Source: a virus. Taken from it: a stretch of 6,017 bases of DNA. The position numbers were made by a program, and so were the translations under genes. How positions within the stretch are numbered: position 1 is the first letter of the stretch; each line of letters opens with the position of its first letter. The stretch lies in UHGV virus genome UHGV-0184629; one strand, given 5' to 3'. This document shows positions 4,323-6,017 of the stretch, in pieces. The notes below the pieces were generated by a model. The model was given only the letters and a program-made list of their open reading frames with translations. It did no database searches and was not told the DNA's origin.

Positions 4323-6002
4323 ATGAAATTTTCTCCTGATTTGCTTAAGGCTGTCGACCATTGTCAACATCGTTCGTTTATTACGAACAGGTATTCTGGT
4401 GCACGTATTGCCGTGGATTGTGGTCAATGCGATTATTGTATCCATAAGAGAGCTAAAAAAGCGTCCATGCGTGTGAAGACCGCAGGAAGTGCTTTTAAGT
4501 ATTCTTATTTTGTAACTCTTACTTATGACAATGTGCATATTCCTCTTATGGCTTGTAAGGTTCTTCATAGTGATTACGAGGATGCTTTAGGTATTTCAGG
4601 AGATATTCATTTTGGCAATGAACATTATCAGTATATCCCTGTTTCTGAATATAAATGTGATGATAACTCCATGTTGCGTCATATATTCTTCGAACAGGTA
4701 CAGGGCACTGTGCCGTTTGACCGTGAAATTAAGGAATATGTACCTGTTAAGGATAATTGGTTTCTTAGTATGGATGCTATTCGTAGTTTTATCATTAAGA
4801 CGCAAGCCGTTGACAAAACGGATTATCCTGCTTCTGCGCAATACGGTCGTGATAACCTTATTCCCTTTCTGAATTATGTTGATGTTCAGAATTATATTAA
4901 ACGTCTACGTAAACATTTGTCTTTGAAATTAGGTTCTTATGAAACGTTACATTTCTACGCTGTGGGTGAGTACGGACCCGTTCATTTCCGCCCGCATTAT
5001 CATCTCTTATTATTCACAAACTCGGACAAAGTCGCTGAGGTTTTACGATACTGTCACAATAAGAGTTGGACGCTCGGTCGTTCAGATTTCCAACGTGCCG
5101 CTGGTGGAGCTGGCTCGTACGTTGCGAGTTACGTTAACAGCTTGTGCTCTGCTCCCTTGCTATATCGCTCATGCCGCGCGTTTAGACCCAAGTCGCGAGC
5201 ATCTGTTGGATTTTTTGAAAAGGGCTGCGACTTTGTGGAAGACGAAGACGCTTATGCGCAAATTGAGCGAAAAATCGACTCTGTCGTTAACGGAAGAGTC
5301 TATAACTTCAATGGCGTCAGTGTTCGGTCAACTCCACCCATGTCGTATATCCGTACCTTATTGCCCCGATTCTCGTCTGCTCGCAATGATGATAGTGTTG
5401 CGATTGCTCGAATTCTTTGCGCTGTGCATTCAACGCCAAAGAGAATTGCAAGGTTCGGATTCGTCGATTATAAACAGGACTCAGTTTTGAGTCTTGTTCG
5501 TACTTATTATCAATATCTTAAGGTTAATTCTATTCTTACTGATGATGACAAGATTATATTACATGCTTCTCGGTGTCTTACTAGGTTCTGCAACTGTTCT
5601 AGTGATGTCGATATTGAGTCTTATATTAATAAGTTATATCGGCTGTTCCTATATGTCTTTAAATTCTTCCGTAACTGGCATTTGCCTTCCTTCGGTTTTG
5701 ATATTAGTGCTTATTCCAGTCGTATTGGTTTTATTATTAAGAAAGGTATAGAGTATGAGAAGAAAAAGGATTATGAAAGTTTACGAAACGCATATAACCT
5801 CCGATCCCAATACCCCGAAATATCGGATTGTATGTTTGCGTTACCTCAGAACGGGCAAGAGAGTGATGCCTTGTCGAATATGTCACGTGAAACAATTCAA
5901 CTCCTTGAGCAACTCCGGTATCGTAGTTCGACATTCTGTCTTGGCATGATTAAGCACAAAAAGCTTAATGATGCTAATAATATATTCAACCGTATGGTTT
6001 AA
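4323..6002 (+). CDS. VP4: Rolling-circle replication initiator protein (VP4 / A-like HUH endonuclease), 559 aa
   Basis: It has an N-terminal CGQCDYC (from C33), motif I FVTLTYD (from 4509), DVQNYIKRLRK, VGEYGP, motif II RPHYHLLLF (H225/H227, 4995-5003) and motif III YVASYV (Y266/Y270, 5118-5132). Start context is ATT-ATG. Confidence 0.95.
   Translation: MKFSPDLLKAVDHCQHRSFITNRYSGARIAVDCGQCDYCIHKRAKKASMRVKTAGSAFKYSYFVTLTYDNVHIPLMACKVLHSDYEDALGISGDIHFGNEHYQYIPVSEYKCDDNSMLRHIFFEQVQGTVPFDREIKEYVPVKDNWFLSMDAIRSFIIKTQAVDKTDYPASAQYGRDNLIPFLNYVDVQNYIKRLRKHLSLKLGSYETLHFYAVGEYGPVHFRPHYHLLLFTNSDKVAEVLRYCHNKSWTLGRSDFQRAAGGAGSYVASYVNSLCSAPLLYRSCRAFRPKSRASVGFFEKGCDFVEDEDAYAQIERKIDSVVNGRVYNFNGVSVRSTPPMSYIRTLLPRFSSARNDDSVAIARILCAVHSTPKRIARFGFVDYKQDSVLSLVRTYYQYLKVNSILTDDDKIILHASRCLTRFCNCSSDVDIESYINKLYRLFLYVFKFFRNWHLPSFGFDISAYSSRIGFIIKKGIEYEKKKDYESLRNAYNLRSQYPEISDCMFALPQNGQESDALSNMSRETIQLLEQLRYRSSTFCLGMIKHKKLNDANNIFNRMV
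4939..5490 (+). CDS. Candidate overprinted gene (183 aa) in the +1 frame of VP4; function unknown
   Basis: This is the longest alternative-frame ORF in the genome. It coincides with a drop in VP4 third-position T to ~34% (hand count), versus ~52% and ~64% in the flanking segments. One hydrophobic stretch lies near the C-terminus. Confidence 0.35.
   Translation: MKRYISTLWVSTDPFISARIIISYYSQTRTKSLRFYDTVTIRVGRSVVQISNVPLVELARTLRVTLTACALLPCYIAHAARLDPSREHLLDFLKRAATLWKTKTLMRKLSEKSTLSLTEESITSMASVFGQLHPCRISVPYCPDSRLLAMMIVLRLLEFFALCIQRQRELQGSDSSIINRTQF
5773..5949 (+). CDS. Candidate overprinted small basic protein (58 aa) in the +1 frame of the VP4 3' end
   Basis: The start context is AAGAAAAAGG-ATT-ATG-AAA. 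VP4 third-position T is only ~31% here (hand count). The product is R/K-rich with a CxxC-H (CRICH) stretch. Confidence 0.25.
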   Translation: MKVYETHITSDPNTPKYRIVCLRYLRTGKRVMPCRICHVKQFNSLSNSGIVVRHSVLA

Positions 6003-6017
6003 CTTTAATATTAATTA

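Larger units (their letters stand above)
1..6017 (+). mobile_element. Complete or near-complete Microviridae (Alpavirinae-like) ssDNA phage genome, probably circular
   Basis: VP1, VP2 and VP4 hallmark genes lie on one strand in ~6 kb with no host genes. Joining the ends leaves only 18 nt between the VP4 stop (6002) and the VP1 ATG (4), similar to the other short gene gaps. The coding strand is T-rich with a third-position T bias. A Bacteroidota-type promoter and SD-less starts suggest a Bacteroidota host (inference). Confidence 0.93.

Noticed and set aside
5494..5751. 85-aa very hydrophobic ORF inside VP4 that looks like a holin or E-like lysis protein (also 4612-4872)
   Set aside because: Explained by high T3 in VP4 (64% and 52%). 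An E-like overprinted gene cannot be strictly excluded without comparative data, but there is no positive evidence.
5831..5838. TATGTTTG (and TATTTTTG at 1626-1633) as internal -7 promoter elements
   Set aside because: Neither has TTTG at the -33 spacing, and several chance matches are expected in a T-rich 6-kb sequence.
2124..5934. Minus-strand ORFs (2124-2315, 2445-2711, 2479-2691, 2860-3114, 4048-4230, 4296-4568, 4596-4841, 5737-5934)
   Set aside because: They are short, antisense to well-supported genes and have no motifs. Microvirus genes are normally all on one strand.
6014..6017. ATTA at both window ends as a terminal repeat or att site
   Set aside because: Only 4 nt in an AT-rich context, so not distinguishable from chance.

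Overview
The window looks like a complete or near-complete ~6.0 kb circular ssDNA phage genome of the Microviridae (Alpavirinae-like, Bacteroidota-associated), opened 3 nt before the capsid gene. All credible genes lie on the + strand: major capsid protein VP1 (4-1746), a 147-aa acidic protein in the scaffold position (1760-2203), DNA pilot protein VP2 (2200-3315), a 64-aa hypothetical protein (3748-3942), a 27-aa single-TM peptide (3932-4015), an M15-family Zn peptidase (4012-4320) and the HUH replication initiator VP4 (4323-6002). A hairpin-rich non-coding region (3316-3747) ends in a consensus Bacteroidota sigma-A promoter. Most worth following up: (i) two +1-frame ORFs inside VP4 (4939-5490 and 5773-5949) that coincide with a local drop in the genome's third-position T bias and may be overprinted genes; (ii) a translationally coupled small-membrane-peptide plus peptidase cassette that may be a holin/endolysin-like lysis system; (iii) the structured intergenic region with GC-GNA-GC mini-hairpins. 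All calls come from motif recognition and hand counts; no searches were run.
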